DNA of 64,000 nucleotides from an uncultured virus (IMG/VR IMGVR_UViG_3300001477_000100) (IMGVR_UViG_3300001477_000100); one strand, 5' to 3'; positions 26,764 through 36,687 are shown, counted from the stretch's first letter. Notes: generated by a model from the sequence alone, not told the origin. A program made the numbers and translations.

Positions 26764-27669
26764 ATGAGTCTAGAAGTTTATCAAAAAATTGATACAATGT
26801 ACAAAAGGTACATTTTTGATGGTAGCAAATGCCCAAACAAGAAGTGGCTTAAATTCAAAAATAAGATAATCTTGGGCGAGTTCTCAAACATTGAGGCTAG
26901 TTACCTTTTCAATTGTCCTTGGGAGGCATATAGCAAGATTGATGGCACGAACTCTAAGATTGCGTTTTTCCCATCTACCCAAGAGATTCGCGTTGAAGGT
27001 AAAAACGAGAAATCAAGCTCTATGCATGGACAGTTCGAAATGCTGCAAGAAATTGGTGAGCGTATCAAGCCACAACTTTGCGCAATGTTCCCCAAAGAGA
27101 GTGCTAGATTTACTCCAGTAAAAGATAAGGAAACAAATAAAATAGAGTACTATAGGCTCGATGGAAATAAAGCAGAAACATTATGTTCCGATATGTATCG
27201 TGTAACCCTTGAAGAGGTTCCAGTTTATATCTACGGAGAGTATTTTGGTACTGGTATTCAGAAGTGCGGTTCTCGTTACATTCAGAATGGTAATGCATTC
27301 CGTGTGTTTGACATCAAACAGCAAGGTTGGTGGACACCAAAGGATGTAAGAGACTCATTGTGTAAGGGTCTTGGACTAGGCACTGTTCCTTTCTTGGGTA
27401 TAATGGCGCTCAAGGAAATCGAAGATAAGGTTAGAAGTGGTTTTACAACTCAGTTTGAGGGTGCTGCTGACCCAACTATGATTGAGGAGGGTATTGTTGC
27501 TCGCCCAGTAATTCCACTCTGTAATGGAAGCGGTAAGAGAATCATTGTAAAAGTTAAATACTGTGATTACATTGAGTATGACACCGTGCGTAAAGAGTTT
27601 TCAGACGAAGAGTTTGAAGAGTTTAATACATGGTATCACGAAAATATCGAAAACATTAAGGTAGAGTGA
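26764..27669 (+). CDS. Rnl2-type ATP-dependent RNA ligase
   Basis: Motifs I KIDGTN, III YGEYFG, IIIa FDI, IV EGIVARP, V VKVK. Confidence 0.85.
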   Translation: MSLEVYQKIDTMYKRYIFDGSKCPNKKWLKFKNKIILGEFSNIEASYLFNCPWEAYSKIDGTNSKIAFFPSTQEIRVEGKNEKSSSMHGQFEMLQEIGERIKPQLCAMFPKESARFTPVKDKETNKIEYYRLDGNKAETLCSDMYRVTLEEVPVYIYGEYFGTGIQKCGSRYIQNGNAFRVFDIKQQGWWTPKDVRDSLCKGLGLGTVPFLGIMALKEIEDKVRSGFTTQFEGAADPTMIEEGIVARPVIPLCNGSGKRIIVKVKYCDYIEYDTVRKEFSDEEFEEFNTWYHENIENIKVE

Positions 27670-27911
27670 TGGCTAGAGATTTATTTAGAGGTATTATCAG
27701 AACATTGCTTTTGTTATGCCTAATGGGTGGCTGCGTAGAGGGATGCTATTTTATGGGTGAACTATCAAAAAACCAAACTGATAGGTATAACCCATATTAT
27801 AATAACTCTAGGAGTTACCCATACGGTAACGTTGAAGAAACAGAGGAAAGAGACTATGAGCCAATTAACACAGATACAAGCGCAACAACGTCACCTAGAC
27901 TCGAATATTGA
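27669..27911 (+). CDS. Small membrane-anchored protein
   Basis: Hydrophobic N-terminus with GC. Confidence 0.55.
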   Translation: MARDLFRGIIRTLLLLCLMGGCVEGCYFMGELSKNQTDRYNPYYNNSRSYPYGNVEETEERDYEPINTDTSATTSPRLEY

Positions 27912-28290
27912 ACAAGTTTTTATGTATCAAACCTCTTATGGAAGAACAAAATATTTTCCATTTAGAGTTGGCGATATTGTTCGTGTTACAGATTGGGGTT
28001 ACTGTTACTCTTCTTACACAAAAGCATTCGTTTTTCTAACAGGAAGTAGGGAAACCCCATATTATTCTTTTTATAAAAGAGAACAAGAAGGTGATAAACA
28101 ACTTTTCAAGATAATAAATATTGCAGAGCATGAGCTTATGAGTGGAGATATAGTTTGCTATATTCAAGATAGGCTTAAACGTGGTGTGGTCATAGCTCCA
28201 GAAGGGTTAAAACTAGTAAAGCAGTTTCCTCTTAGGAAAAATGAAACAATTAACATAGTATTAAAAAAAATAAATGAAACAGGGCTATGA
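27856..28290 (+). CDS. Hypothetical protein, tandem paralog A
   Basis: MSQLTQIQ..PFRVGDIVRV..EGLKLVKQFPLRKNE. Confidence 0.75.
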   Translation: MSQLTQIQAQQRHLDSNIEQVFMYQTSYGRTKYFPFRVGDIVRVTDWGYCYSSYTKAFVFLTGSRETPYYSFYKREQEGDKQLFKIINIAEHELMSGDIVCYIQDRLKRGVVIAPEGLKLVKQFPLRKNETINIVLKKINETGL

Positions 28291-28721
28291 GCCAATTAAC
28301 ACAGATACAATCAGTGAAACGTTCAAACCCTAGAGCTAAAGAAGTGTTTATTTACTACAAAGCTAGTGGGGGTAGAGATTGTTTGCCTTTTAGGATTGGT
28401 GATATTGTTCGTGTTAGAAATTGGAGGGATGTTTATCCTAGATATATTGAAGCATTCCGTTATTTTACGAATAGCAGCGATTTCCCATATTATTCTCCTG
28501 GTAGTTTCAAAAAAACAGAAAAAAGAAGACAAGAAGGTGATAAACAACTTTTCAAGATAATAAAAATTGCTGAACATGAACGAGACAAATCTATACTCTG
28601 CTACATTCAAGATAGGTTTAAACATGGTGTGGTCATAGCTCAAGAAGGGTTGAAACTAGTAAAACAATTTCCTCTTAGGAAAAACGAAACAAATAATATA
28701 ATATTAAAAAAAATAAAATAA
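28287..28721 (+). CDS. Hypothetical protein, tandem paralog B
   Basis: MSQLTQIQ..PFRIGDIVRV..EGLKLVKQFPLRKNE. Confidence 0.75.
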   Translation: MSQLTQIQSVKRSNPRAKEVFIYYKASGGRDCLPFRIGDIVRVRNWRDVYPRYIEAFRYFTNSSDFPYYSPGSFKKTEKRRQEGDKQLFKIIKIAEHERDKSILCYIQDRFKHGVVIAQEGLKLVKQFPLRKNETNNIILKKIK

Positions 28722-28801
28722 AAAAATAAAATTATTGTATTTCTCCAATATTAAAAAAGAAAATATGATTACAAATTTAAAAATTTTAAAAGAAAAAATA
28801 T

Positions 28802-30025
28802 ATGAAGCAAATCGTAACTAAATTCACCGACCAAGATATGTATACTTTTACTTGCCAGTATTACATTCTTCACACATATCCTCGTGCAGAGGTGCGGTAT
28901 TCATTTTTTGACCGCAATCACACACGTTATCCAAAAGGTTTTAGTGAACTGTTGCAAGAACAGATAAATGGCATGAAAGATGTTGTGATTACAGAGGATG
29001 AAATAGAATTTATGAAGAATCGTATTTACTTCCTCCCTGAATGGTATTACAACTTTCTACGTGGTTTTAGATTTAATCCCTCAGAGGTACATATTTTCCA
29101 AGACCTTGATGGGTATCTGTCCATCATGATTGAAGGCAAATGGTATTCTACAATTATGTGGGAAATGCCTATTCTTTCAACAATATCTGAACTCATGCAT
29201 ATCATCAATAGTGACATTGAAAAAGTAGATAGAACATATGAATATGAAAAGGCTGTTGAAAAAGGTGTTAAAGCATTTAGCAATGGACTTCTATTGAGTG
29301 ACATGGGAACTAGAAGGCGTTTTGATTTCCAGAACCACTATGATGTGGTTAAAGCACTTAAAGATGCGGAGTCTTTGTGCGTTTTAAACGAAAAATGCAC
29401 TGGTAAATTCGTTGGAACATCTAATGTATGGCTTGCAAAAGAGTTTGACCTCACTCCTATTGGAACTATGAGTCATCAACTTTGCTCTTTCGAAGAGTGC
29501 GTAAGTGGTGTGTTTGAGTGTAATCATCAGCTAATGAAAAAATGGTCAGATGTGTATTCAGGAGACCTTGGCATTTTCCTTCCAGATTGCTTTGGAAGTA
29601 ATATATTTCTTTCCAATTTCTCTAAAGACATGGCTAAGATGTTTGACGGAATCCGAATTGACAGCGGTGACGAAAGGGAAGAGACTGAGAAGATGATTGA
29701 GAAATATAACTCTCTTGGTATTGACCCTAGAACCAAGTCAATAGTATATTCCAATGCCCTTACAATAGATAAAGCTATTGATTTGCATAAGTGGCTTGAT
29801 GGGCGCATGAAGGATTCTTATGGTATAGGAACGCATCTTATGGCTGACGTTACCAACCGTGAAACAAATGAAAAGTTCCCTTATTCCAATATAGTCATCA
29901 AACTTGTTGGAATGAGAATCACCGAAAACAGAAAATGGCTTGATTGCATCAAGTTGTCAAACGACAAGGGTAAGACGCTTGGAAATCCAGAGAAATGCGT
30001 TTATATCCAAAAGCAGATAGGATAA
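28802..30025 (+). CDS. pncB: Nicotinate phosphoribosyltransferase
   Basis: DQDMYTFT, DMGTRRR, GTSNV, PIGTMSH, GIRIDSGD, YGIGT, NIVIK, KLS. Confidence 0.93.
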   Translation: MKQIVTKFTDQDMYTFTCQYYILHTYPRAEVRYSFFDRNHTRYPKGFSELLQEQINGMKDVVITEDEIEFMKNRIYFLPEWYYNFLRGFRFNPSEVHIFQDLDGYLSIMIEGKWYSTIMWEMPILSTISELMHIINSDIEKVDRTYEYEKAVEKGVKAFSNGLLLSDMGTRRRFDFQNHYDVVKALKDAESLCVLNEKCTGKFVGTSNVWLAKEFDLTPIGTMSHQLCSFEECVSGVFECNHQLMKKWSDVYSGDLGIFLPDCFGSNIFLSNFSKDMAKMFDGIRIDSGDEREETEKMIEKYNSLGIDPRTKSIVYSNALTIDKAIDLHKWLDGRMKDSYGIGTHLMADVTNRETNEKFPYSNIVIKLVGMRITENRKWLDCIKLSNDKGKTLGNPEKCVYIQKQIG

Positions 30026-30052
30026 ACATTAACATAGATTAACGTGGGATAT

Positions 30053-30083
30053 TTTGCTATTCCACGTTTTTTTTATATATTTG
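30053..30083 (+). promoter_or_regulatory. Promoter overlapping terminator hairpin
   Basis: TTTG-N19-TATATTTG; TTTG lies in the loop of aacgtgggata/tattccacgtt. Confidence 0.8.
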
Positions 30084-30253
30084 CCAAAACGAATATATGA
30101 GAAATTTAATCATTTTATCTGATAAAGAATTAGAAGACTTATACAGCAAAGTTCCTAAAGAATGTAAAGCATATCATAAAATTATGCTTGAGTATTATAG
30201 GTTGAAAGGTATTCCAATTAATCACGGTGCTAATTTATAAAAAACCAATTACT

Positions 30254-30616
30254 ATGACTGAAGAAGAATTAATAAAACAGTATGAAATATTACACGCAAA
30301 AAAAATAAAAATACTGAAATCGTTTAAAGATGGGGATTTTTTTAAAATAACATCTAATAACAAAATAGTCAAGTGGGGTAGTTTTGAAAATTTCAAAGTT
30401 ACTGAAAACGGAGTAATAATTTCAACCCATATGTATTGTGATGCTGGAATCAAAGGATTTCTGCCCTTTGAAGACAATTTTTTTTTGCTAAAAGAGAGTG
30501 GGGCTATTGAAAAAATGAAACCCACTGAACTTTTAGTTTTTATGCTTAAACTGAGAGAGCAAAGTTACACTTTTAATAGGCGTAATAAAATGTTAATAGA
30601 TAATTTAACAGAATAA
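30254..30616 (+). CDS. Hypothetical protein (KP..L..L...FN tail family)
   Basis: C-terminal MKPTELLVFMLKLREQSYTFNRR. Confidence 0.7.
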   Translation: MTEEELIKQYEILHAKKIKILKSFKDGDFFKITSNNKIVKWGSFENFKVTENGVIISTHMYCDAGIKGFLPFEDNFFLLKESGAIEKMKPTELLVFMLKLREQSYTFNRRNKMLIDNLTE

Positions 30617-30618
30617 CT

Positions 30619-31125
30619 ATGAGAATAACTGATAAACATATATTTTTCTGGGGCGAATGGCCTTCAAATTGGTATCCTTGTACCTTTAACGCTGAATATG
30701 AAGGTAAAAAATATACTTTCTACAATTCAGAACAGTATTTTATGTTTGTAAAGGCTAAAACGTTTGGCGATGAAGAAATTGCCATGAAAATTGCCTTTGA
30801 GGGCAAAAACCCCAAAACTGCAAAAACACTTGGACGCAAAGTAAGAAATTATGATGATAATGTTTGGAATGAAAAACGTTATCAAGTGATGGTTGATGCT
30901 TGTTATCTTAAATTTTCATCAAACGAAGAGTTGAAAAGTAACATACTTTCTGACGAATTTAATGGAAAACACTTTGTTGAAGCTAGTCCGATAGATAAAA
31001 TTTGGGGCGTTGGTCTAGGGGAAAATAACCCTATGATTGATGACGAGAATAACTGGAAAGGTACTAATCTTCTTGGAAAAGCATTAGATGAGGTAAGGGA
31101 GCGTTTACAAAATGAAAGAAGTTAA
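30619..31125 (+). CDS. NADAR (YbiA-like) family protein
   Basis: SNWY, SEQYFM..KA, AKTLGR.V, KF, VEASP.DKIWGVG, GTNLLGKAL..VR. Confidence 0.93.
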   Translation: MRITDKHIFFWGEWPSNWYPCTFNAEYEGKKYTFYNSEQYFMFVKAKTFGDEEIAMKIAFEGKNPKTAKTLGRKVRNYDDNVWNEKRYQVMVDACYLKFSSNEELKSNILSDEFNGKHFVEASPIDKIWGVGLGENNPMIDDENNWKGTNLLGKALDEVRERLQNERS

Positions 31126-31702
31126 AGAAACAGTATTAAGGACAAGACCTTGTATGTGCGTATGCAATATTGATAATTTTAAGAGCGGATGCTACTATCC
31201 AATGATTCCTCTACCGAGTAGTGGTGGGGCAATAATATACGAGCCAATAAGAAATCATTATAAGCCTAAAACATTACCATTTAGCACATATGTACAACAT
31301 TTCTTTAATTTACCATCGGCAGTTAGACTTAAAATTCTAAAACTCAAGGATTTACTTTTTTATCGTTTTAGAATTAAAATAGAAACCTATGTTGCTTATT
31401 CTGAGGATGATGATTCCTTTGCATACTATTATCGATTGTTTGACCGTTTTGATAGACATATGGTAACTTGGGCTAATAAAAAATATACTATACTGACAGC
31501 AGAAATACACGGCATCCATGAGAATAAATATTTTTCTTCTGAAGAAGTTGCGTTAAAACATGCGCTCAAAACCGCAAAACATTTTTTGTTAAGGTCATAC
31601 AATAAAACCGATGTTTTAAAATCCATATTTTGTGGGCTTGATTTTGATAAAAAAATTGAAAGATATATTATTATTCATCGTAAAGAGCTAAAATTTGACT
31701 AA
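31112..31702 (+). CDS. Hypothetical protein
   Basis: 196-aa ORF. Confidence 0.7.
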   Translation: MKEVKETVLRTRPCMCVCNIDNFKSGCYYPMIPLPSSGGAIIYEPIRNHYKPKTLPFSTYVQHFFNLPSAVRLKILKLKDLLFYRFRIKIETYVAYSEDDDSFAYYYRLFDRFDRHMVTWANKKYTILTAEIHGIHENKYFSSEEVALKHALKTAKHFLLRSYNKTDVLKSIFCGLDFDKKIERYIIIHRKELKFD

Positions 31703-31705
31703 ATA

Positions 31706-31737
31706 TTTGGCTAGTTCAATTTTTTTTCGTATATTTG
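31706..31737 (+). promoter_or_regulatory. Bacteroidetes sigma-A-type promoter
   Basis: TTTG-N20-TATATTTG. Confidence 0.85.
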
Positions 31738-31766
31738 CATCATATGATTAAATATACTACAATAAT

Positions 31767-32270
31767 ATGAAGAAAATTATTTTACTCCTATTTGCAGTTA
31801 TTTCATTATCATCATGTGAAGTTAACTGCTGTATGTACTGTGATGGTCGTGGATGCGAATACTGTAAGCCTTATGGGTGCGCATATTGCAATTTCAGTAG
31901 AAACGGATGCTCAAACTGCAATCGTGGATATGTAAACCGTAACAGCGGTAGCGGATATGGTGACGTATTTAGTGCTGACAAACTATTGGGAACTTGGCAA
32001 ATGGATTACCCTAGTTATGTTGGTGATATGGAACTTAAAGAGATTAAGTTCATTGATGAGTGGAAGTGTGATATAACATTTTCGGTTGGAAGAAATCCAG
32101 ATTGGTATACGCACACTTATTCATATTCATATAGTAGTGGGTATATTAGATTCACAAGAAGCGGAAGCACTTTCAGTTTTAAGATTGAGAGGTATTTGTT
32201 CCCAGAACTATATTTGAGGGATTCATTTGGAACATACACATGGAGAAAAGTTAGGGCTTATGGATGTTAG
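31767..32270 (+). CDS. Lipoprotein with Cys-rich repeats and beta-barrel-like domain
   Basis: Lipobox LSSC; CxYC..GC.xC twice; LLGTW. Confidence 0.75.
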   Translation: MKKIILLLFAVISLSSCEVNCCMYCDGRGCEYCKPYGCAYCNFSRNGCSNCNRGYVNRNSGSGYGDVFSADKLLGTWQMDYPSYVGDMELKEIKFIDEWKCDITFSVGRNPDWYTHTYSYSYSSGYIRFTRSGSTFSFKIERYLFPELYLRDSFGTYTWRKVRAYGC

Positions 32271-32595
32271 AGAAGTAAAACCAATTACGCCTCAAGAAGT
32301 TGAAGAGGCAAGGAAAAATGATATTCCTAGTTTTGTAATCGAAGCAGTAAACAAACTGTTGAAGAAGAAATGGGATGGCAAAAAAGCCATAATCACGCAA
32401 CACGAAATAATCAGTGAAATAAAACCTAGTAACGTCTTAGGTTTGGAAAATGGCGTTAGATTCCGAGCCGCAGTGCTTTCTAATCATTGGCTTGATTTTG
32501 AAGATTTATATCGAAAAAGTGGTTGGAAAGTTGAATACGATAAATCAGGATATTGCGAAACATACGATGCATATTTTAAATTTACAAAAAAATGA
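32260..32595 (+). CDS. Hypothetical phage protein
   Basis: IPSFVIEAVNKLL...DFEDLYRKSGWKVEYDK. Confidence 0.75.
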   Translation: MDVREVKPITPQEVEEARKNDIPSFVIEAVNKLLKKKWDGKKAIITQHEIISEIKPSNVLGLENGVRFRAAVLSNHWLDFEDLYRKSGWKVEYDKSGYCETYDAYFKFTKK

Positions 32596-33146
32596 ATAAC
32601 GTAAGTGTAAAAACAATTGTGGCTGTCTCAATTATTGTTATCCTTGGATTGGGATTTATTGCCACCGTGGGAAGTTATTTTTCCTACAATAACAAGGAGG
32701 TATCTCTTCGTGAGCAAGCAGAGGCACAGCGAGGAAAGGTAGAAGGGGTACACGATGCCATGTGGAAGATTATTTCGCAGAAAGCGCAAGTGTCTAATGA
32801 GTATCGTGCTGGGTTCGATTCCATTTATACCCACATCATTGAGGGTCGGTATTCAAAAGGTGATGGGTCACTTATGAAATGGATTACTGAAGCCAATCCT
32901 AATTTTGACACTAGCCTTTATAAGGACGTAATGGATGCAATCGAGGTGCAAAGAACTCAGTTTATGAAGGCTCAAGAACGTATGATTGACATAAAACGTG
33001 AGCATAGCACATTATGCAAGACATATCCAGGACGTTGGTTCATTTCCAACCCGTCTGAAATAGAATACACAATAGTATCATCAACTCATAGTAAACAAAC
33101 AATGGAAACTGGTCTCGATGATAACGTTGACATATTTAAAAAATGA
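32592..33146 (+). CDS. LemA-like membrane-anchored protein
   Basis: N-terminal TM helix followed by YN and helical coiled coil; EANPN..LY. Confidence 0.65.
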   Translation: MNNVSVKTIVAVSIIVILGLGFIATVGSYFSYNNKEVSLREQAEAQRGKVEGVHDAMWKIISQKAQVSNEYRAGFDSIYTHIIEGRYSKGDGSLMKWITEANPNFDTSLYKDVMDAIEVQRTQFMKAQERMIDIKREHSTLCKTYPGRWFISNPSEIEYTIVSSTHSKQTMETGLDDNVDIFKK

Positions 33147-33694
33147 AAAATGTTGGAGTAAATAAAAAATATATGGCAATAGCTTTAAGGTTTCTTAAAG
33201 AAACTGGGCTATTGCCATTTTGGAAAGAATACGTAATTAAAGAAATCAATGAAGGAAAGAGGTTTCAAACGGAACATTGGTCTATGCATACATATATAGA
33301 CCAAATATTTGGTTTTAGTAATTTCACTACTTTTGTGAAACGTAAAATAGAGAGTGAAAGAAACCAATTAAATAATTATGTGCCAGTCGAAAGCACTGTA
33401 ACCATTGATGGCGTTGAACATAAAGTCTACGGAGAACGCAAGATAATTTACTCTTTTCCTTCAGTATATTCGCTGTTTAGGTTTTGGTTAACAGCAAATT
33501 CTTCACTATACGGAGAATACACATTAGCAGGAGGAATACCAGAACAGTATATTAAAAAACATATTATAGTTGATACGAAAAGAAGAAAAACAACAATACT
33601 GTTATATGAAGAAGAATATTTTGAAGGTTTTTGCATTGGTCGAAGACTCGTAGAATTGGGTCAAGTATTGAAAGAAATTAATGCGTTATGTTAG
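33143..33694 (+). CDS. Hypothetical protein
   Basis: 183 aa; LRFLKETGLL. Confidence 0.7.
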   Translation: MKNVGVNKKYMAIALRFLKETGLLPFWKEYVIKEINEGKRFQTEHWSMHTYIDQIFGFSNFTTFVKRKIESERNQLNNYVPVESTVTIDGVEHKVYGERKIIYSFPSVYSLFRFWLTANSSLYGEYTLAGGIPEQYIKKHIIVDTKRRKTTILLYEEEYFEGFCIGRRLVELGQVLKEINALC

Positions 33695-34953
33695 TTATTA
33701 TTTATTTATTACCTTTTATCATTTCATTCTTGCTTTTGATGTTTTTCAGAAAGCAAGTGACTTGGTTGGAATACATACTTTTAATAGGAGTGTCTATTGT
33801 TTTCACATTATTATTGAAAACAGCATTTGTATCTTTCAATGAAAGTGATACAGAATATTGGGGCAGTTATGTTACCAAAATTACCCATTATGATGATTGG
33901 GATGAATGGATTGAACGGACATGTACTAGAACAGTACACGATGGCTACGATGAAAATGGGCATGAAATAACTCATACTGAAACATATGATTGCTCATACA
34001 GTGATTATCACCCAGAAAGATGGACATATACTGACAATAATGGAAACGAAACATATTTCTATAACCAAAAAGAGTTTGACTTAGCAATGGCTGAGTTAAA
34101 TCATCCTAGTGCTGTGTTTGTTGATATGCACCGTGACTATTACACTAAGGATGGTGATGCGCAAGAATACCATTGGGACGGAACATACCAAAACAGCAAG
34201 ACACTAACTACAACTCATACATATACCAATAAGATTATCGCTTCTCGTTCAATATTTAAATTTGAAGAGATTAGTGATGCGCAAGCAAAAAAACTTGGTT
34301 TGTTTTCGTATCCAAATATATGTGATTATGACCAAAATCCTATCATGGGAATGAACTTTGATAGGGAGACTGAAAAAAAAATTAGGTTTTTAAATGCCAC
34401 AATGGGTGGTAAAAGACAATTCAGATTATATATTTTGATTTTCAAAGATAAACCCATAGAAATATCTGAGCAGCAAAAATCATATTGGCAAGGAGGCAAC
34501 AAAAACGAATTTGTATTGTGCCTAGGATATAACACTAAGACAAACAAAATAGATTGGTGCAACCCATTCTCATGGTGTGATAAACCTACGTTAGAGGTGG
34601 CAACAAAAAGGTATTTTAGGGAGCACAATACACTTGATATTTCTAAGTATGGCGATTGGCTAGCAAACAATATAAAACTCTGGAAACGTAAGCAATTTAA
34701 GGACTTTGACTATATAAACGTTGAAATGACCGATGGGCAAACTATCGCTTTGTTCATAATCATTCTATTAGTGGATGTTATACTTTCTATTTTTATTGTT
34801 GCGAATGAAATTGTAAACGAAAACATATACAAATCTAATGGGACATTTAAATGGTCAATTTCTGAAGATGATATTGTTTTTTTCGGTGAGAAAATAAACG
34901 ACAAACTATCTAAATTAGTAGATATGTTTTGTAAAATTAGATATTATGTTTAA
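33688..34953 (+). CDS. Membrane protein with large extracytoplasmic domain
   Basis: Two N-terminal TMs and one C-terminal TM; YWQGGNKNE. Confidence 0.8.
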   Translation: MLVIIYLLPFIISFLLLMFFRKQVTWLEYILLIGVSIVFTLLLKTAFVSFNESDTEYWGSYVTKITHYDDWDEWIERTCTRTVHDGYDENGHEITHTETYDCSYSDYHPERWTYTDNNGNETYFYNQKEFDLAMAELNHPSAVFVDMHRDYYTKDGDAQEYHWDGTYQNSKTLTTTHTYTNKIIASRSIFKFEEISDAQAKKLGLFSYPNICDYDQNPIMGMNFDRETEKKIRFLNATMGGKRQFRLYILIFKDKPIEISEQQKSYWQGGNKNEFVLCLGYNTKTNKIDWCNPFSWCDKPTLEVATKRYFREHNTLDISKYGDWLANNIKLWKRKQFKDFDYINVEMTDGQTIALFIIILLVDVILSIFIVANEIVNENIYKSNGTFKWSISEDDIVFFGEKINDKLSKLVDMFCKIRYYV

Positions 34954-35473
34954 ATTTGGAAAATACTATCTTTGCGAAAAATGCAAAGAAATCAATGAGG
35001 AGGAAGTAAATACATTTATAATGAATGTTTTCCATACAAATAGAACATACCTTTCTTATAGTTGTGGTGATGATTATGAGCCTCAAACAATGATGGAATT
35101 CCATGTTGGAGGTATATACAAATGTACGTTAGACAATTATTTGATAGATGATAATGGGAAACTTGTGTTTATCGGTAAACTTGATGGATTTTTATTCGAA
35201 GAAGTGAAAATTGATTTACACGGATGCGAAAAAATAATTGGTGCTATTAACGAACATTATGGCTGTATTGCATCAGTAAGACCTTGGGCAGTAAATGATG
35301 GAATTGGGATAACATATGTATGCAATGTAACACTGCGTTCTGTAAATGGGAAGTGTGTTGCTTCTGGATGTGATTTCTCAACAAATCCAGTAAACGGTTT
35401 ATTAGCTGCATATAGAGGCGCAAGAAAAGCTTTAGCGAAAAGCGGAAAACTAAATAGAGCCATTCATTTTTAG
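34946..35473 (+). CDS. Hypothetical protein
   Basis: 175-aa ORF. Confidence 0.7.
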   Translation: MFKFGKYYLCEKCKEINEEEVNTFIMNVFHTNRTYLSYSCGDDYEPQTMMEFHVGGIYKCTLDNYLIDDNGKLVFIGKLDGFLFEEVKIDLHGCEKIIGAINEHYGCIASVRPWAVNDGIGITYVCNVTLRSVNGKCVASGCDFSTNPVNGLLAAYRGARKALAKSGKLNRAIHF

Positions 35474-35605
35474 TGTATCTACCTTCTCTAAGAGTCGCTA
35501 GCATCTTCTTTGTAATACTCATTTGGCGGTTCACAGAATTGCATAATAATTTCAGTGAAGAAAAGTGCAAATTACTTGAATAAAATGTTAAAAAACGTTT
35601 TTTTA

Positions 35606-35637
35606 CTTGTTTTTTCAAAAAAATACATATATCTTTG
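35606..35637 (+). promoter_or_regulatory. Bacteroidetes sigma-A-type promoter
   Basis: CTTG-N20-TATCTTTG. Confidence 0.75.
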
Positions 35638-35773
35638 CAACACATATGGAAAGTGAAAAAGAATTCAAAAAATTATTATACAGAACATTTGATATTATTT
35701 CATTAGTATCATTTCTTGCTGTGATAACTATGATAATTTTAAAAATTTTAAAATAACAAATATATTTATAACT

Positions 35774-36442
35774 ATGGCAGATTTCAAAAGTAGGCTTTTG
35801 AGCCTTATTGACAACGGTGCGTCACAAGCAAAGTCATTGATTGAAAGTTTCAACGATGTTGTAGATTCATTCGATATGGACGCACAGATTGATTTCTTCA
35901 AGGAGAAGAAAAACGAACTTATCAAGAGAGGAAACGAGTTGTTTGGCGATTTTGCTGAATTGCTCAAACAAGTTAAAGAGAGCCTTACGGATTTCTCAGT
36001 TACTGTACCTTTTGATGAGTCAATTGGTGAAAAAATCTCATATGAGGTTAAAGACGGTAAGCTCAACATTGAGGTTACTTATGAGGACGAGACTAGCGCT
36101 AGAAGCAATAAAACTGCTGTAGTGATTCCTAGTAATTGCGATTTGGAGCAGATTACACTAACCAAAAACGCAACACTGAAAACCGCTACAGTTACTATTC
36201 CTAAAAAGGTGATTGAGCCAGTAAAGGAAGAGGTAACGCCAACTGAAAAGCCTAAAAAAGCGGTGAGAAAAAAGGCAGCTAAAAGAGCTGCTGAAAAGGA
36301 GAATACTCCTAACGAAGAGACAATGACTCACATATCAAGTAAACTCGCCCAAAAGCTTAGTCAGAATGGTAACAAATATGCCAAAATGATGGGTAGGGAT
36401 AAGAACGGACGTTTTGTTCGTAGAACTCCTAAAAGCGAGTAA
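35774..36442 (+). CDS. Hsp20/alpha-crystallin-like protein with basic tail
   Basis: ISYEVKDGKLNIEV and terminal TVTIPK strand; RDKNGRFV. Confidence 0.55.
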   Translation: MADFKSRLLSLIDNGASQAKSLIESFNDVVDSFDMDAQIDFFKEKKNELIKRGNELFGDFAELLKQVKESLTDFSVTVPFDESIGEKISYEVKDGKLNIEVTYEDETSARSNKTAVVIPSNCDLEQITLTKNATLKTATVTIPKKVIEPVKEEVTPTEKPKKAVRKKAAKRAAEKENTPNEETMTHISSKLAQKLSQNGNKYAKMMGRDKNGRFVRRTPKSE

Positions 36443-36485
36443 TTTCTAAATGTTATAACTTTTTGTTCATATTGATTGGTACATT

Positions 36486-36520
36486 GCCTAGTTCCGTTTG
36501 TGAAAATAGACTAGGCTTCT
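36486..36520 (+). terminator. Hairpin with GTGA tetraloop (terminator or processing signal)
   Basis: gcctagt..ttt-gtga-aaa..actaggc. Confidence 0.5.
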
Positions 36521-36526
36521 TTAAAT

Positions 36527-36598
36527 GGCTCGTTGCGTGAGTAGTAAGCGGTCGTTCTGCAAAAACGTTCTACATTGGTGCAAATCCAATACGAGCCT
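36527..36598 (+). tRNA. tRNA-Cys(GCA), CCA not encoded
   Basis: GGCTCGT/ACGAGCC, U73, CGTT-CT GCA AA-AACG, ATTGG-TGCAAAT-CCAAT. Confidence 0.85.
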
Positions 36599-36630
36599 CT
36601 ATTAAATAAAGTTAAAAGTTGAATTGATGT

Positions 36631-36661
36631 TTTGTCAGTTCAACTTTTTTTCGTATATTTG
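36631..36661 (+). promoter_or_regulatory. Promoter overlapping terminator hairpin
   Basis: TTTG-N19-TATATTTG inside aaaagttgaattga/tcagttcaactttt. Confidence 0.8.
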
Positions 36662-36687
36662 CATCAAACAAAAAAAAAATAATAATT

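Noticed and set aside
35474..35600. Antisense promoter and peptide
   Set aside because: GTAATTTG does not fit TAnnTTTG, there is no -33 box and the ORF is only 18 aa
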